Assembly (NCBI GenBank): GCA_965112735.1
Contig: OZ218965.1
Coordinates: 496,001-560,000, forward strand
Source: Phaeosaccion multiseriatum
Taxonomy: Eukaryota; Protista; Ochrophyta, other classes
Length of the DNA stretch: 64,000 bases
Direction: 5' to 3'
Each line of letters begins with the position of its first letter. Within the stretch, counting starts at the first letter, position 1. Shown here piece after piece: positions 49,301-62,524 of the stretch. The position numbers and the translations under genes are program-made. The notes below the pieces were generated by a model. The model searched no databases, was not told the origin of the DNA, and saw nothing but the letters and a program-made list of their open reading frames with translations.

Positions 49301-49467
49301 ATCACCACTTGGAGAGCACATCCCAAATCGCGAAAGTGTGCGTCCTCGAGATGTTTGGCGAGATCGTAGACAGACCACCCCTGCCGCACAGTCACAGAGC
49401 CCCAGTCGATCTTGTGAGCCCCGTGCGGTCGGCGCACAGCGCTGTGCAGCACAACCTTCAGCTTCAT
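46392..49467 (-). CDS. CobW/COG0523 (G3E) zinc-metallochaperone GTPase, multi-exon, with His-rich linker and N-/C-terminal extensions
   Basis: Motifs: GFLGAGKTT, VIENEFGE, GCMCC, IETTGMADP, NK|ID across an intron, a (DEGHCHDHGHSSEEHGH)n tract and the CobW_C motif LYRCKAIV...KIVFIGRSLD. The first exons are 49048-49467, 48524-48970 and 48007-48428. The 3' exon structure is less certain. Confidence 0.88.
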
Positions 49468-49913
49468 GTGTTTTTTTTTTGTGAGGGAATCTTTCTTTCT
49501 TTCTTAACACGTCCTGACACCTGATACATATCTTTTTTCTCTTTCCAATAGGTCCGCAGCCTCGCCCTTACTCCCATCCACCCCGTTGGATTCCCTATAC
49601 TCCCACTCGTCCCCACCCGCCCGTAATCTGTCGCTACCAGCCCCTTCCGCGCGGTGGCTGCTGGGCTGCCCCATGCTGCCTCTGCCCGCTGAGCTCTTCG
49701 GTACTTGCGACAACTCTGGCAACGTTGAACTCGCGGTGCCTCCTCTTCATACAACAATACTGCTTGGGGCTATCCCTTCCATCGTTCGATTCAGGTGTCT
49801 CTTCTCTCCCCTGCCCGATAACTCGTTTTTCGATCCATCGACTCATAAATTCGATCCCTGATGAACTGAAACTTCCCACTCTGGCCTTGTCTGATCTGCC
49901 TGTTTGGCCACCC

Positions 49914-51062
49914 ATGGCTGGAAGCTATGAGCGCTCGAAACAACACAAGAGCGTGGCGGCGAAGAAGGCTGGCGGTGGGAATGGGAGGAAGGAGAAGAGG
50001 AAGGAGGAGAGGAGGGACGCGAAAGATGCGAGGAAGGGGAGGGAGCGGCGGTTCAAGGACAAGTCCCACGATACGGAGGGGAGGCGCCATCAATTGAAGC
50101 AGCGCTTAGAAGCGGAGCGCCTTGGACGTGCGCTGGAGGCGCAGGAGCAGGTTGTGAGGTCGTACCAGCCGCCAGCCCAGAAGGAGAGTCTGCATCCGGA
50201 GCTCAAGCGAAAGAGGCGGCGGCGGGATTTTTACGACCTGGACACGTCTGACTGGCAGCTGCGGGGAGCTGCTCGTCCCGCAGCTGCTCTTGCAGCTGCA
50301 GCAGCGGAGTTTGAGAAATCGCCAACTCGTGGGCCGACTGGTCAGGACCTGTGGTCGGAAAATGAGGGCAACTTTTTTGAAGCAAACGCCCACACGGCGC
50401 AATACCTCGAGGTGCGAGTGCAGCTTGCGAGGGTGCTTCACAGAGAGTTGGGGAAATTGCGAGAGGCCGCGACTCACTACCGGGCCTGCTTGCAGCTGGA
50501 TACCAAGGACGCCTTGAAGTGTAGGAGGGGGTTGGTGCAGTGCCTCTTGGGGTCCATGAAGAAGGGGGAGGCGGAGGCACGCGAGGTGATGGAGCGCTTT
50601 CCTAGTGACGAGTCCACCGTCTTTTTGTGGTCCAAGGCAGCCATCGCGTTTGTGTCTTGGAAAAGATGGAAGAAAGACGGGCACACGGAAGGCACGGCGG
50701 GGGTGGCCTTGCGCCGGGCGATGTGTGCAAATCCTTACGTCGGGTGGATTCTCGCCCTGGAATCCGCCTTTCCTCCCAATGTGGACACGGAGAGTATTTG
50801 GGAGGAGACGTTGTGCGCTGGTGAGCTGCAGCAGGACGCGTTTGAGTACCTTCATCGCGATATTACAGGCCTATGGCAATGCATTGACGGTGCCGACCTG
50901 TGGTGCCGAAAGTACATTGAGCAAGAGGGCACTCCGCCGCCAGAAGGCTTGGGGGACCCCTTTCTCAACGTGTCCAGCACCCAGATTGACGAGAGCAGCG
51001 TGGAGTTTGTGGCGCGCTTCTTTTCATTACTGGAGGAGGAAAGCGCTAACGGCTCTGATTGA
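49914..51062 (+). CDS. Hypothetical protein, basic N-terminus plus TPR/ST7-like helical region (382 aa)
   Basis: Single open frame from ATG 49914. The segments HYRACLQLDTKDALKCRRGL and ALRRAMCANPYV resemble TPR/ST7-like proteins. Confidence 0.65.
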   Translation: MAGSYERSKQHKSVAAKKAGGGNGRKEKRKEERRDAKDARKGRERRFKDKSHDTEGRRHQLKQRLEAERLGRALEAQEQVVRSYQPPAQKESLHPELKRKRRRRDFYDLDTSDWQLRGAARPAAALAAAAAEFEKSPTRGPTGQDLWSENEGNFFEANAHTAQYLEVRVQLARVLHRELGKLREAATHYRACLQLDTKDALKCRRGLVQCLLGSMKKGEAEAREVMERFPSDESTVFLWSKAAIAFVSWKRWKKDGHTEGTAGVALRRAMCANPYVGWILALESAFPPNVDTESIWEETLCAGELQQDAFEYLHRDITGLWQCIDGADLWCRKYIEQEGTPPPEGLGDPFLNVSSTQIDESSVEFVARFFSLLEEESANGSD

Positions 51063-51072
51063 TTACAATATG

Positions 51073-54000
51073 CTAAGTAGTTTTCCTACTCGGAGGAGCA
51101 CCCCGTTTCAGCTCGCAGGCATTCACGTGGCTCGCGAAGCGTAAGCTACACAAGCTCTCTGCGAAAGATTCCTCTGTCGGTGAAAGGTTGGCCATCATCA
51201 GCGTCTTACCGTCTCCTGACAATGCTGGCTGCAAGAGATAGGTCAGCTTCGAATTCCGGAAAGGGATGTGCTGCTGCTTGTTGCCGATGGCGCAAAACAC
51301 GTCAGATAGGGTAGAGAGCGATTTGTTGATGCTGCAAGCCTGGGGAGTGGAGAGGAGCGTGCGGGGCTGCGTTAGTAATGTAGGCCTGACTGGATCACTT
51401 GGCTATCTCTGAATCCAGAGCCACCCTCGAACGCAGACGGGTTGAAGAATCCCACTTTACCAATTCAGTCAGCTCTTGGAAGCAAGGCTCGTATGCGGCT
51501 TTCACTTACCTCCTTGAGCTGCGTGCCCGTCGCTCCGGACTTTTTCGCCCTCTCCGACCCGGCAAGGTCCACAAGGTTCAGGCAACCCCTGTCGCGGGCA
51601 ACACACGAAAGGAGAGGTGGATGGGGAGGGGGCGTTTTTTAGCGTCATGTCATGGGGGGGTTATCTCCCACGTGCGTCCCGCAGTGACCCACCTCAGAGA
51701 AGATTTCTGCTCGGCGTTGTTGCCGGTGAGCTGCAAAACAAAAACAGCATGCGAGCGGCTTGACACCTCGTTCATTTGGGTGCTGGACACGCTCCGATGG
51801 CCGGACGCCAAGTCCATAAGCTCGGCAATCTTATCCACGTCATTCGGCTCCACAGTCACAGACGTCAGGTTGGTTACTGAGGTCAGGCCCTGTCGATCCC
51901 GCTTGATCTCATGCTTCACTCCGTAGTCGCCCTCCTTGCCTCTCCCGCCGCCTTCGCGCAGCAAGTCCCGGATTTGCTCGTTGTAGATCTCTAAGTAACT
52001 AACTTCCATGGTGTACTGGAAATGAAAAGGGCACACATTTTGGTTCGTGAGAGGAATGTACTGAAGTGCATCGAGGCTCCTCCCTCCCACTTGCCGTACC
52101 TCCCATCCTTGCTGCTCAAGCTTCCTCTTGTAGGTGCCGACCTGCTGCATTGCGCGGGAACTTTGTACACACATATAGATATACACAGGGGGGCGAGGAT
52201 GAGGAGGGTCTTCTTCATATTCTCTCTCACTGATCTTTCACCCCCTCCTTCGCGCTCTCACTCACATTATCCCTCTCATGGCGCCTTTACCCGAACCTTG
52301 CATGGTGTGCGTCTTGCCGCTGCCCGTTTGGCCGTACGAAAAGAGGCACACGTTGAACCCATCCAGAGCAGACTGCACAAACTCGCTCACCTCCAAAAAG
52401 ACTGCCTCCTGTGCGTGTGGGTAGGGAAACGAGTCCATGTCAGACACAACTGATATCCTCCCTGCTGTGCTGCTACATACAAGTCACCTGTGTTGCGCTT
52501 GGAGCAAAGACCTTGTCGAAGCTGAAGTCGACCTGGGCCTGCGAGGAGTCCATGTTCGGGTTCCTGATGACGCACGTGTGCCCATCCGACTTGGCTATTA
52601 GGCAAGGCTTCGCTCCCTCCTCGACTCCGTCGGAGGGCAGGAACGGACGAATTCGAGCGTACACGCGGACATTTCCCCGCAGCTCCTGGATTATGTTGTG
52701 TTGTTTCCTCCGCACAAGCTCCTCGCGCTTCAGCGCTTCTTCTGCTCTCAAAGGTAGGCAGGAAACACGGCGTTAAAACGGAGGCAGAGGCGGAGGTATG
52801 ACAATGATAGAGACGACCATACCAAGCTCGTCGATGCGCTGCCGTAGTGCTGTGTTCTCCTGTTCAGTGTATCTCTCCCGCTCCTCCAGCCGCCTCCGGA
52901 GCCCCTGAATCTCGACCTGGTGGGTCCATTTCACGCATTATGAGACGGTTTGCTGAGCCGAGAAAACGAGGGTAAGCCCAAGCGAAGCGCACCTCACGTC
53001 CATCTCACGCACCAAATCTTGTGTATTTGAAGCCTTTTGGACAGCGGACTGCTGCTCCGTGAGTTTCAAAATCTTCTCTTCCCGCTCGAGGACAAGGCTC
53101 TTCAACTCAGTGACTTGAGCCTCCCTTAGGTCCAGCTGCTCCTGCTGGCGACGCGCCTCCTGCACGGCGTCCTCTTTAATCTGCGTAAGCTTCTGTGCAT
53201 CCTCCTCCTTTTGAGCCTGAGCCTGGGCGTACGTGGCGATGCGTTCATTGCGCTCTCTGTCGGCGTCAGTCTCCGCCCTCAATCTGAGCTCCTTCTCGAC
53301 AGCAAAGGCCGCCCCCTGAGTATGGGCAGTTTCCTGGAAGCTCGTGAGATCCGCTCTCGCGAGGCTTGCCTCCTCCCGCGCCAGCCTCAGCATTTCCCGC
53401 AAGTCTTTCCTCTCTGCTCGTTGCTCACTCTCTCTCTCGTTGGCCAGTCGGTTCGTCTCGCTGAGACTGCTGACAGTGTCACTCACCTTTGGGAGGGTGC
53501 CAACTTGCTTTGATTAGACGTTTGTGGCGAGAGCCAGATTAGAGGTTAGACAAGCACTTACTTCCTTAGTCTTCTGCTCCAGTTGCTCTCGCGTCCTCAG
53601 AAGTTGCTCCTGAGCAGAGGAAACGGCCAGCCTCAAGTCCTCTGCCGCCTTACGGATCTCCTCGTCCTTCTGTGCCAGCTGTGAACGATTGGCATCCATG
53701 CTTTCAACACTTTCCTTCTTCAAGCGCACCAAATCTTCTTTCAGAGCAGCTACCTCGACCTCCAACCCCCCCACTTTGCCGTCCCGCTCCTTCACCATGC
53801 TCTGGAGGAAGGACGAGTACGTTGCGTGGGTTATTGACTTTCTCATCAAAAAACCCAAGTCCCATGCAGGGATCGACGAACAAATACACAAACCTCGGCT
53901 GCAAGGACTTTGCTTTGAAGGTCCTGCACGCTTCGCTCCACCTTTTCGGCGTCCTGTTGGGCGTCCTGGAATTGTTGCTCTGCGTGACCTTTGGCAAGGG

Positions 54001-54967
54001 TGAGCTCCGCGTGCGCTTCACGACTCTGCTGCAGCTCCTGCGCCAACTGGGCCTGTAGGGGGAGGGGAGTAGGCGAGCTCCAAAGGTTGGCGGCGGCGAG
54101 CTGATCTGGGTTGCTACTCGCGCTGCCGGGCCTTACCTTTTCCGCCTCCACTCTCTTCGTCTTCTCCTTCGTCTCCTGGAGCTTTGCTCCGAGGCTTACC
54201 TCCACTTCAATGACCCCCCTCGTAAAGTGCTGCTTCTCCTCAATGCTTTGCGAGAAGGCTTTCCGCAACTGAACTCGCGCAAAGACACAACACTGTGAGT
54301 TCAACGAAAGGATGCAGGGGTCGGGCACTACTTACTTCCACTCTCGGAAGTGCTGCTCACCTTTGATAATATGGCTTGCTGGTTCTTGAGGTTGCTCCTC
54401 ATGTCCTTAAGAGCAGTGCTCTTCTTCATCTCCGCCCTCTCTTCGATGAGAGCCATGAGCTCGTCATCACTTACTGTGAAGCACTCCTCAAGCAGCTTTG
54501 GAACATTGTGGTGTTGCTCAGCTGCAGCCAGCAGCTGCGGGCCATCGGGTGCAGTGCCATCGAGAGACAAGCGCTTAGCCGGCGGCGGCCCTTCTGAGTC
54601 AAGAGCAGCTGCCGCAGTATGAGTAGCAGCAGCAGCTTGCTTATCTTTTTTCTCCCCATCGGGCTCGAGCTGGCGCTTGGCCACGGCTGGGACCGCCCCG
54701 ACCTGCCCCCCCTCTGCTCCTGGCTCCCCTCTGTTCTCGACCCTGGATACACGAGAGAAAACGTCACTTATTTTGCGAAGATTGTAACGCACTCCCAAAG
54801 TACACCTTCGCCCTCCCCATTCCTCACTTCTCCTTCTTTCTCATCTCCCACCTTCTGGTGAAGGGTTTGCGCAGCCCGGAACGCTTCGCCCTCTGTCCTC
54901 CTCCCGCGTCTTTCTGCTTCATGGGTGGCGCTTCCGTCCCCTGTGGTTGCACCTGCTCCTGCTCCAT
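51073..54967 (-). CDS. Kinesin-14 (C-terminal motor, KIFC1/Ncd-like), multi-exon
   Basis: Long coiled coil, neck [48 protein letters not shown] and [14 protein letters not shown]. The start codon is tentative. Confidence 0.93.
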
Positions 54968-55174
54968 CCCCCCACTGAGCCGAGCTGCTCTAAAGGCTGC
55001 TGATACGCTGCTGACGATGAAAGAAAGAAAATGTCCAACCGTAAAAAAAAAATAGGCCAACTGAAACGGAAACTAAATTGTCGGGTGCCATCTAGGACGG
55101 TTCTCCATCCCAAGAAATCACAGATGGTGGTGGATTTCCTCACTCCTCCCGCGCAACCAATTGCGGGCAACAAC

Positions 55175-56823
55175 ATGCTGCCTGGTCTCGTGCGCAGGTG
55201 CGGAAAGGAATGGCTCCGAGCGGTTCCACAAAAGAGGCTTTTAAGCAGCAGTTTCAGCAGCAGTAGTAGCAGCAGAAGCGAGGAGCAAGCTGGGAAGTCC
55301 TCTGCATTTGAAGGCTTCGCCCTTTACACGTGGGGAAAGGGTGACAGCGGGCAATTGGGGCATCGGTATGAGTCGCAGGGGGGTATGCTTGCTTCAAATC
55401 ACGAGCTTCTGCCCCGTCCGGTGGAGCGGTTTGCGGATGGGGGCGTCCGGGGGGGCTCGTTCGGGCAGAACCACAGCGCTGTCGTGACGATGGGGGGCGA
55501 GCTTTGGACCTGGGGGAACGGCGCAAATGGAAGACTGGGGCATGGAGACACCAGTGGCTGCGATGAACCCAAGCTGGTGGAGGCGCTGAAGGGAAAGGAC
55601 ATTGTGCAGGTGTCTTGCGGGTAAGTGGCTCGGGGGAGGGTGGGGAGGGAGAAAGAGGAGATACTAAAACTCTTCCCCTCCTGCATGCGACAGAGGGAGA
55701 CACACGCTCGCTCTAGATGGTGACGGACACGTGTACAGCTTTGGGTTCTGTGGTGCCAGCTCTTTTTTCTCAGAGCTGGGTGGGTTGGGCTTAGACGCGA
55801 AGGGGGATGTGACCACTCCCACGCGGATTGAGGAGGTCCCGGAAGGGAAGGTGATCAAGATTGGTGCGGGCGAGAGGCACTCGGCGATGCTGACAGACGA
55901 TGGGGAGGTGAGTGTAGTCTCTTCGCTTGGCTGTATCGCTGGGTGTGTCCAGCTGCTCTTGTGTGGCAACTTGCATTTATTTCGGACATCGCGGATCTCT
56001 TCTTTTCGTATAACCTACCGCGGCAGGTGTGGCTATGCGGAGACGGCGAGTATGGGATGATGGGGAATGGGTCGACGGGCGATCAGCTAGTGCCAGAGCC
56101 AGTGGACCCCTTTCTGGATGACATGTTCATCAAGGACGTGGCGGTGGGACACACCTTCACGTTGGCCCTCACAGACGAAGGGAGAGTGTACGGATGGGGC
56201 AGGAATGACTGCGGTAAGTCTCGGCTGCGGGTGCTGCTACATGCTCGCTTTTTCTCATGCTTGACCGCCCCCCCCACTCTGCCTTGAATAGGCCAACTCG
56301 GCATCGGCGGCGGCTTGACCATGGACGTGTACGCCATGGAGGAGTTTCCCCGTCTGATCGAGGCCTTTGGGGACACCAAGATCGCCTCCGTGCACGCGGG
56401 CCACACTCACGCCGCGGCCCTCACTGAGGACGGGAAGTGCTTTGTGTGGGGCATGAAAAGGTCCTTGGAGCCAGAGCTCATTACCGTGGTGAGTGGGTGG
56501 GTGTGTTGTTGCTACGCTTCCAATTTATTGGTAATTATGCTTATGCTTGCTTGCCATTGCGCTACCCCCCCTCCCCTGCCTAGCTGGAGGACATTCAATG
56601 TGTGGACGTCAGCTGCGGCGACAAGTTCACCGCAATTGTGGGAGCTGATGGCAGCTTATGGACGTTCGGCAGGGGAGGCAGCCACTGCTTGGGGCACAAC
56701 AACAAAAAGACACTCAACCAGCCTGCCTTCGTGGAGGTGCTGGCGAGGCTGCACGTGGCCGGGGTGACTTGTGGATTCAACCACATTGGCGCTTTGGTCG
56801 ATCTATCACGGAGGGATGACTAA
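55175..56823 (+). CDS. RCC1-repeat protein with probable mitochondrial presequence (RCC1L-like), multi-exon
   Basis: Repeated H[ST]xxx(T)xxGx(L/V)(W/Y)x(W/F)GxxxxGxLG units. The N-terminus is Arg/Ser-rich. Introns lie near 55620, 55908, 56213 and 56489. Confidence 0.88.
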
Positions 56824-56861
56824 CTATTTTTTTATTTTAATCAAGGGTTCTCTTGAAAAAA

Positions 56862-59800
56862 CTAAAAATCATAGAGATCGTCCCCCTCTAACACCGTCGT
56901 GGTGTTGATGCTCGTCTTCATAATGTGCCAGCGCATGATGCGGCGGTGAAGTTCTTTGTCATCCTCGAGGTCTCGTTTGGTGAGTGTGGTTCCTGTGATG
57001 GGGCACACCTGGCCACGGGTGTCCAACCAGAGCTCAATAGTGTTCTTCTCGAACACATGCCCGTCCGGAGTACGAACGGGGTGCTTCATTATGTGCTTGT
57101 TGATGGCGCAAACGAATTCCTGCATTGGGGATGAAGAGTCGAGTGGGCATGAGGGGAGGATTCAGTCACAAAGGAGGTACGGGTGCAGCAAGCAGAGCAT
57201 GAGGAGAGGAGAAGCCGGACCTGAGGCACTCCGTCTTGATGGATAATCCGCTTGGATGAGGCCTGGACGTCAGTGGCCCCGGCGTTCGTCTGCCTCATCT
57301 TATCGAAGCCCTTGTCTGGCAAGTCCAAAGACACCGCCATGCGCTGCTTCTTGAGCTCGTCCAGTGTCTGTGGGGCGTGTCGGGAGGGGAGGGCGCGTCC
57401 TCAACCCCACTGCCTCCTACCCTGGCTGGTGCTGACAACGTACCTGCGGATCTGCCCTTCTTTGTAGGCTGGGCAAGTCTCCTAATAAGCTCTTGCTTGC
57501 CTCCTCTTTTCCAGATGCGAGGTTAGCCTGACGGGGGGCATGGCGAATCAGTCTAGTGAGTTCATGGCAGCAGAGCATGACAACAGGAGCAGGAATGAGG
57601 CTTACCCCTTGTTCCTGCTGCTCTCCTCTGCTGACCCACACGTCCTCCGCCCCGCCCTTTGCGAGCTCGCCCCCCTCTGCTCGCCCCTCTTTTTGCTCGC
57701 CCGAGGCCTTCTCTTCTCCTTCAAATTCCATGGGATCCACTTCGCCCCCATGCAGCACGCTCATGACTGCCGCGTATGATGGAGTATCTGTGAGGGTAGG
57801 GGAGGGGGGGTTAGAGGCGAAAGGAAGGAGCCACGGAACAAGGCGCACGCATTCACCTCTGGAGACCGGCAGGGCCCCTGACTGCATGACCCTCTTGAGC
57901 ACTCTCCTCTGTGCCTCCCCGCCCATGAGGCGGAACACGTGGGTCATCTCCCTGAGCAAGCTGTGTGCGTAGTAGGCCTCCACTGCAGGCGCGTCCTCCC
58001 CGTAGCAGTCCTCCCCGTCCTCCTCGGCCTGTAAGGGCAAAGGGGGCGCTATTAGCTCTGTGTCATTCCCTCCCACCCCCTAATGGCCTCACTCACTTTC
58101 GCGCCTTGCTGCAACATGCTCCTCGACAGGTCCAGGGCCCCCATATTGACGTTGAGCTGGCAAAGCAAAGCGAAGAGGTAGTCGTGGCGAGCCACAAAAG
58201 CACTCGCTCGCAGCAGACTGTTCCAGAAATCAAGCATTGCCAGGGGGGGGGCGGGAGACGAGTAACGAGCCAGCTCAAGACAAGAACGGGCCCGAAGAGA
58301 TGCATAGATGTACCTGGCCGTTGGGTTGAGTCTTCTGAGGAGTCCAAGCACAAACTTATTCGCAGGCGCTCGGAAGGACGCGATGACCAGCGTCCTTAAA
58401 GAGGAAGCGATGCCTTGAACCAAGGCCGGGTAGTCTAGCGCCACCTCGGATATGGAAGGGCTCCCAGTCTGGATGGATGGATAGATGGCGGGCAGAAGAA
58501 GGAGGAGAAGGTCAGAGATCGGCCTGGCGTGAGCATGAGAACGAGTGTACACAACAGACAATGATATGAAGGCACTTACGGAGGGGCCGTCTCGCTGGTC
58601 ATCCGACTCCTTGCTGTCTCCCCTCTCATCCATCTCCAGCATGAGCAAGTTGACGTGATGCACACACTTGTCCAGGTAGGGCAGGATGAGCCGAGGCACT
58701 AGGAGCGTATCACTGGCGGGGGGGGCGGAAGGGCGGGTTAGCATCGAGTATGAAAGCAAGAGACACAGAGGTTTGCCCCCCCCTCACCTGAGCATGTGCT
58801 CCCTGTACGCCTCCGTCTGGATGGAGGCATAGCTGTAGAGGTTCTGGATGAACATGTGCACACTGTGGACTGCGAGGTGGTCGCTCTCCTGCAGGAGGCG
58901 AACGTCAGCCTCTCCTGAAGTGAGTCGACAGCAGTAGCAACAAGCAGCAAGTTGCAGCATTACTGATGTCAGCAGACACTTCCTGTGGTTCATCGCATCC
59001 ATTAACAACGCGTGTCCTCTACCTGTCTGGCTGGCGCGGGGCCCGGTCAGGTCCTTCTCCTCGTCCTCATCTGCAAAGAGGCAATCGTACAGCGCCATCG
59101 AAAGCTTCTCCACCACCCGTGTCCTCAACGTGATGGTCAAGAGCGTGTCCATCTCCTCGCTGAACTCGTCCACAGAGTACAGGGCCAGCAGCTTCTTTCT
59201 GCTCTCGTCATCTTCCCCGCCGCTGTCTCCTCTCGCTTCGGCCTCGGCCTCCTCCACCCGCTCATTCGTAAAGTATGTGCCTGCATTCATCGGGCCCAGC
59301 ACGTTCAGCCAGTAGAGCCAGGACAACTTTCTCCTCTGACGTTCTTTCTTACCTGGGTGTGTAAAGCCTCTAACAAGGCGGCAAAGCTGCAGAATGAGTG
59401 GCTTCTCGTACTTGCGACACACCAATTCGTGCTCCCACTGCGCAGCCTTGCCCACCGTGGGTCTTTGCCGCTGAACTAGTTCAGTGGAGTACGTTTCGCC
59501 ATCTTCCAGTACGCCGACGACCTTTGTGCATTGAAGATGGAGATGAGGCGTTCCGGTTCGGGTTAGTTGAACACAAACCGGGTTCTTTCCCGCTTCCACC
59601 AGCCCCTCTCTTACTGTTTCCAAGGCGAGTCTTCTGTCTCCCCGTGTCAGCTCTAGCAGGTCTTCTGTCTTAAGTCCATAATCCCAGCAGCGAGAGAGGA
59701 GCAAGAGCATAGACTTGTGAAGCTCCGGCTCCTGAGAAGCAAGAAGGAAAAGACGCCTATTAGACGAAGGCTTGTTGCCAGACCTGTGACTTGCCCTGTC

Positions 59801-60493
59801 GTACTCACCTCTCCCTCTCCTGCTTCCTCCGTTTCCATATAGGAGTCAAACCACTCACTCACGCCCATCAGGCAGTCGCGCAATTCCTTTCTTCCCGTGG
59901 CTTCGTTTGCGGATAGGTTGGCCATAATCGCAAGAACGTCGAGCTTCGTGTCTGGGGGGAAGGGAGGGGACGGGAGGGGAAGGGAGTGGACAGGAGGGGA
60001 GGGGAGGGGAGGGGAGGGGAGGGGAGGCGAAGACATGGGCGGCGGGATTTTGACATTGAGGGGGGGGCAGCCAGCGAACAAGAACATAGAGGTCCAAGGA
60101 GGGCACAAGGAAGGAAGGTAGAGCACCGCTGGTTCCCTCACCTTTGTCGCTCTTCCGATCGTCATTGGTATTCAGGAGGGGGAGCAGCAGTCGTAGGGTG
60201 TTGTCTTTGAAAAAGTCCTGAGAGGGTCAGAGGGAGACGGCACCAGGTAGCAGGTGGCAATGTAAGTGCACAGTAACCTACAAGCGACGAGAGAGATGCA
60301 TCACTCCGTTCTTCGTCAGCTCCTGCCTCCCCCTCCACTCTCACACTCCCCCCTCCTCCATTCTCCACCCTTTCCTCCATACCTCTGGCTTGCTTTGGGA
60401 GAGGGTCACGAGGGCGGACAGATCGGCAGGAGAGCTTAAAGTGGCGGCTTGAAATAGCCACTTCGCCCCCAACGACCCGGCAGCATTGGACAT
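56862..60493 (-). CDS. Multi-exon helical protein with C-terminal U-box domain (putative E3 ligase)
   Basis: The C-terminal EFVCAINKHIMKHPVRTPDGHVFEKNTIELWL...CPITG is a U-box. Upstream exons are separated by GT-AG introns. The 5' end is uncertain. Confidence 0.75.
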
Positions 60494-60720
60494 GGTGGGC
60501 TCGGCTGTTGCCGCGGCTGGTTCTCTCAGCAGCACGGCTGATTCTCTGAGCAGCACCGCGCGCAACTCGTCATCTGCCACTGCCAGAGGGTGCTGCTGCT
60601 GCTGCTGCCTGGTCCTGCCGCAGCTGTTTTGAAAGCGCCCCCCGTATTCCCCTTCCCTCTTCTTTTTTTCGATTTCTCAACTGCCGGGGTCCTGACACCA
60701 AACGCCAACTGTGATCCCCA

Positions 60721-62472
60721 ATGCACCAACTTTCCCCCTGGCTCCTCTCCAATGTATGTCAATTAATTTTTTTTTCTCCTCTCGCTCTCGGTCTTCTCGT
60801 ACTGTCGCTCTCTCTTCCTTTTCTGCCCCTTTCTATGAACTACAGCGAAAATGTGACTCTGACGGATCTCCCCTCCTCCCTTCTCGCTCGCTGGAGCTTC
60901 GATTGGCAGTGGGCGCCTGAGGAGAAGCACAGATGCGAGGGCCGGGCTGAAGGGCGGCTCTGTCACGTGGAGGAGGGCTTTCCGCGAGCAATCGCGGAGC
61001 TTGTGGGCGTGTATGGCGTGAGGGACTTGCTTCTGTCGTTCAGTAAAGGCTATTGGCCGGAAGAGGGAGCGGGACGTGGGAACCCTTCGGTTCCAGCCGG
61101 CGCCCACGTGAGGGTGAGCTTGCCAGATGCGGACTGGGCGGTGGGATGGGGGGGGCTGCGGAGAGCTCTCTCTGGGCTCTTCTGCGGATCCTTGGAGCTT
61201 TTGGATGACAGCAAGATGGTGGAATTGACTGAGGTGCCTTTGCGGGTGGCGGAAGTGGGTATTGTGTCCAAGATGGGGACGCTGTCGAGGGAGGCGGTGT
61301 GCACGGAGAATCTGGCTTCCATGCTCAAGCTCTTGCCTTGCAGGACTCGTACCGGCTTGGCAGCCTTACTACATCCTCCGGCCAATGTGCTCCGGAGGCA
61401 GTATCACGCGATGACCCTGCACATGGTGGGATCGTGGGATTCCAGGTGAGAGCCCTTGTTGCCTGGTGGCTGCTTCCGCCCCCTTCCCGTATAACCACTC
61501 ATTGCTTTGTCTCGTCCTCCCTCCCCCCCCCCCCCTCTATTTGGTAGGGGTGAACTTGAGGCGATTGGCCTGCGCATCGGCGTCTCCTTTCTCATGCCTC
61601 GCGTCACAAGGCCAAGGACACTTGCCGACTCTGCTGAAGCCTTGCACGGCATGCTGTGTGCAGCAGCTTTCGAAGGCAGCAGTGCCCACTGGGAAGACCT
61701 GCCAGGCTGTCCAATTGCAACCGCACCAACTGTGATCCTCTCTGAAATGAACCTTGGTTTCGAAGCTGCTGCTGTTGTGAGTCGAGTCTTGGGGCAGGAC
61801 CCGTCCGTGGTGGAGCCCCTCCACTCTTCACCGCCTGGGGATGTTTCAGAAGCTCCTCCTGCCGTTATTCTGGAGCGCCACTTGACTGAAAGTAGGCGTG
61901 GGTTATCTGCCAAGTCGTCCACGAGCGTAAGGAATTCGGACTCGTCCCGGGCTGCGCGGGTATTCGTCGCAGACATCATTCCGCATTTCCTGGAGCCTCT
62001 GTTTTCCACCCTTCACGTCGCCGTACTGGCAGGCGCCTCGCATCCGAGTGCGCTCGCGGAGGAGACCGTTTTGGAGAAGATGAGTTTTAGCGTGGGACAT
62101 GCGCCTGCTATGGAACCGAGCGTGCTGGAGGTGGTCGTCATAGTGCCGCCAAATTCCACCGTCGTTGTGGGCCTCCAGCTTTGGAAGCGGTTTCTGAAAC
62201 TGGAGGACTTCCCACCCGATCCCAGCAGAGGATGGGATGTCACCGGCCCCATGGCCTGGGTGGAAGGCGTGGGCGAATGGGGCGCGCCTTCCCCTCATTA
62301 CATTGCCTTTGGGGGAACAAGTACTATAGATGTGCCCCAACCGGACTTCAGCATGCCTTTCAACGTCATTACTCTCACGAGCACCCTCATTGCATTCTTC
62401 CTGGGCACGACGGTGAACGTGCTGGTGCGGAAATCCCATACTGGAAGAAAGCTCAGCAAGGCCGGCCAGTGA
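60721..62472 (+). CDS. PIGT: GPI transamidase component PIG-T/Gpi16
   Basis: Motifs: REAVCTENL..LKLLPC, PPDPSRG, and PQPDFSMPFNVITLTST followed by a TM segment. The N-terminus is hydrophobic. The intron 61446-61547 keeps the frame. Confidence 0.92.
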
Positions 62473-62524
62473 GTGGCCCACCTGAGAGTCTGAGAAACCC
62501 GCAGGACCGAGAATATAAAAACCT

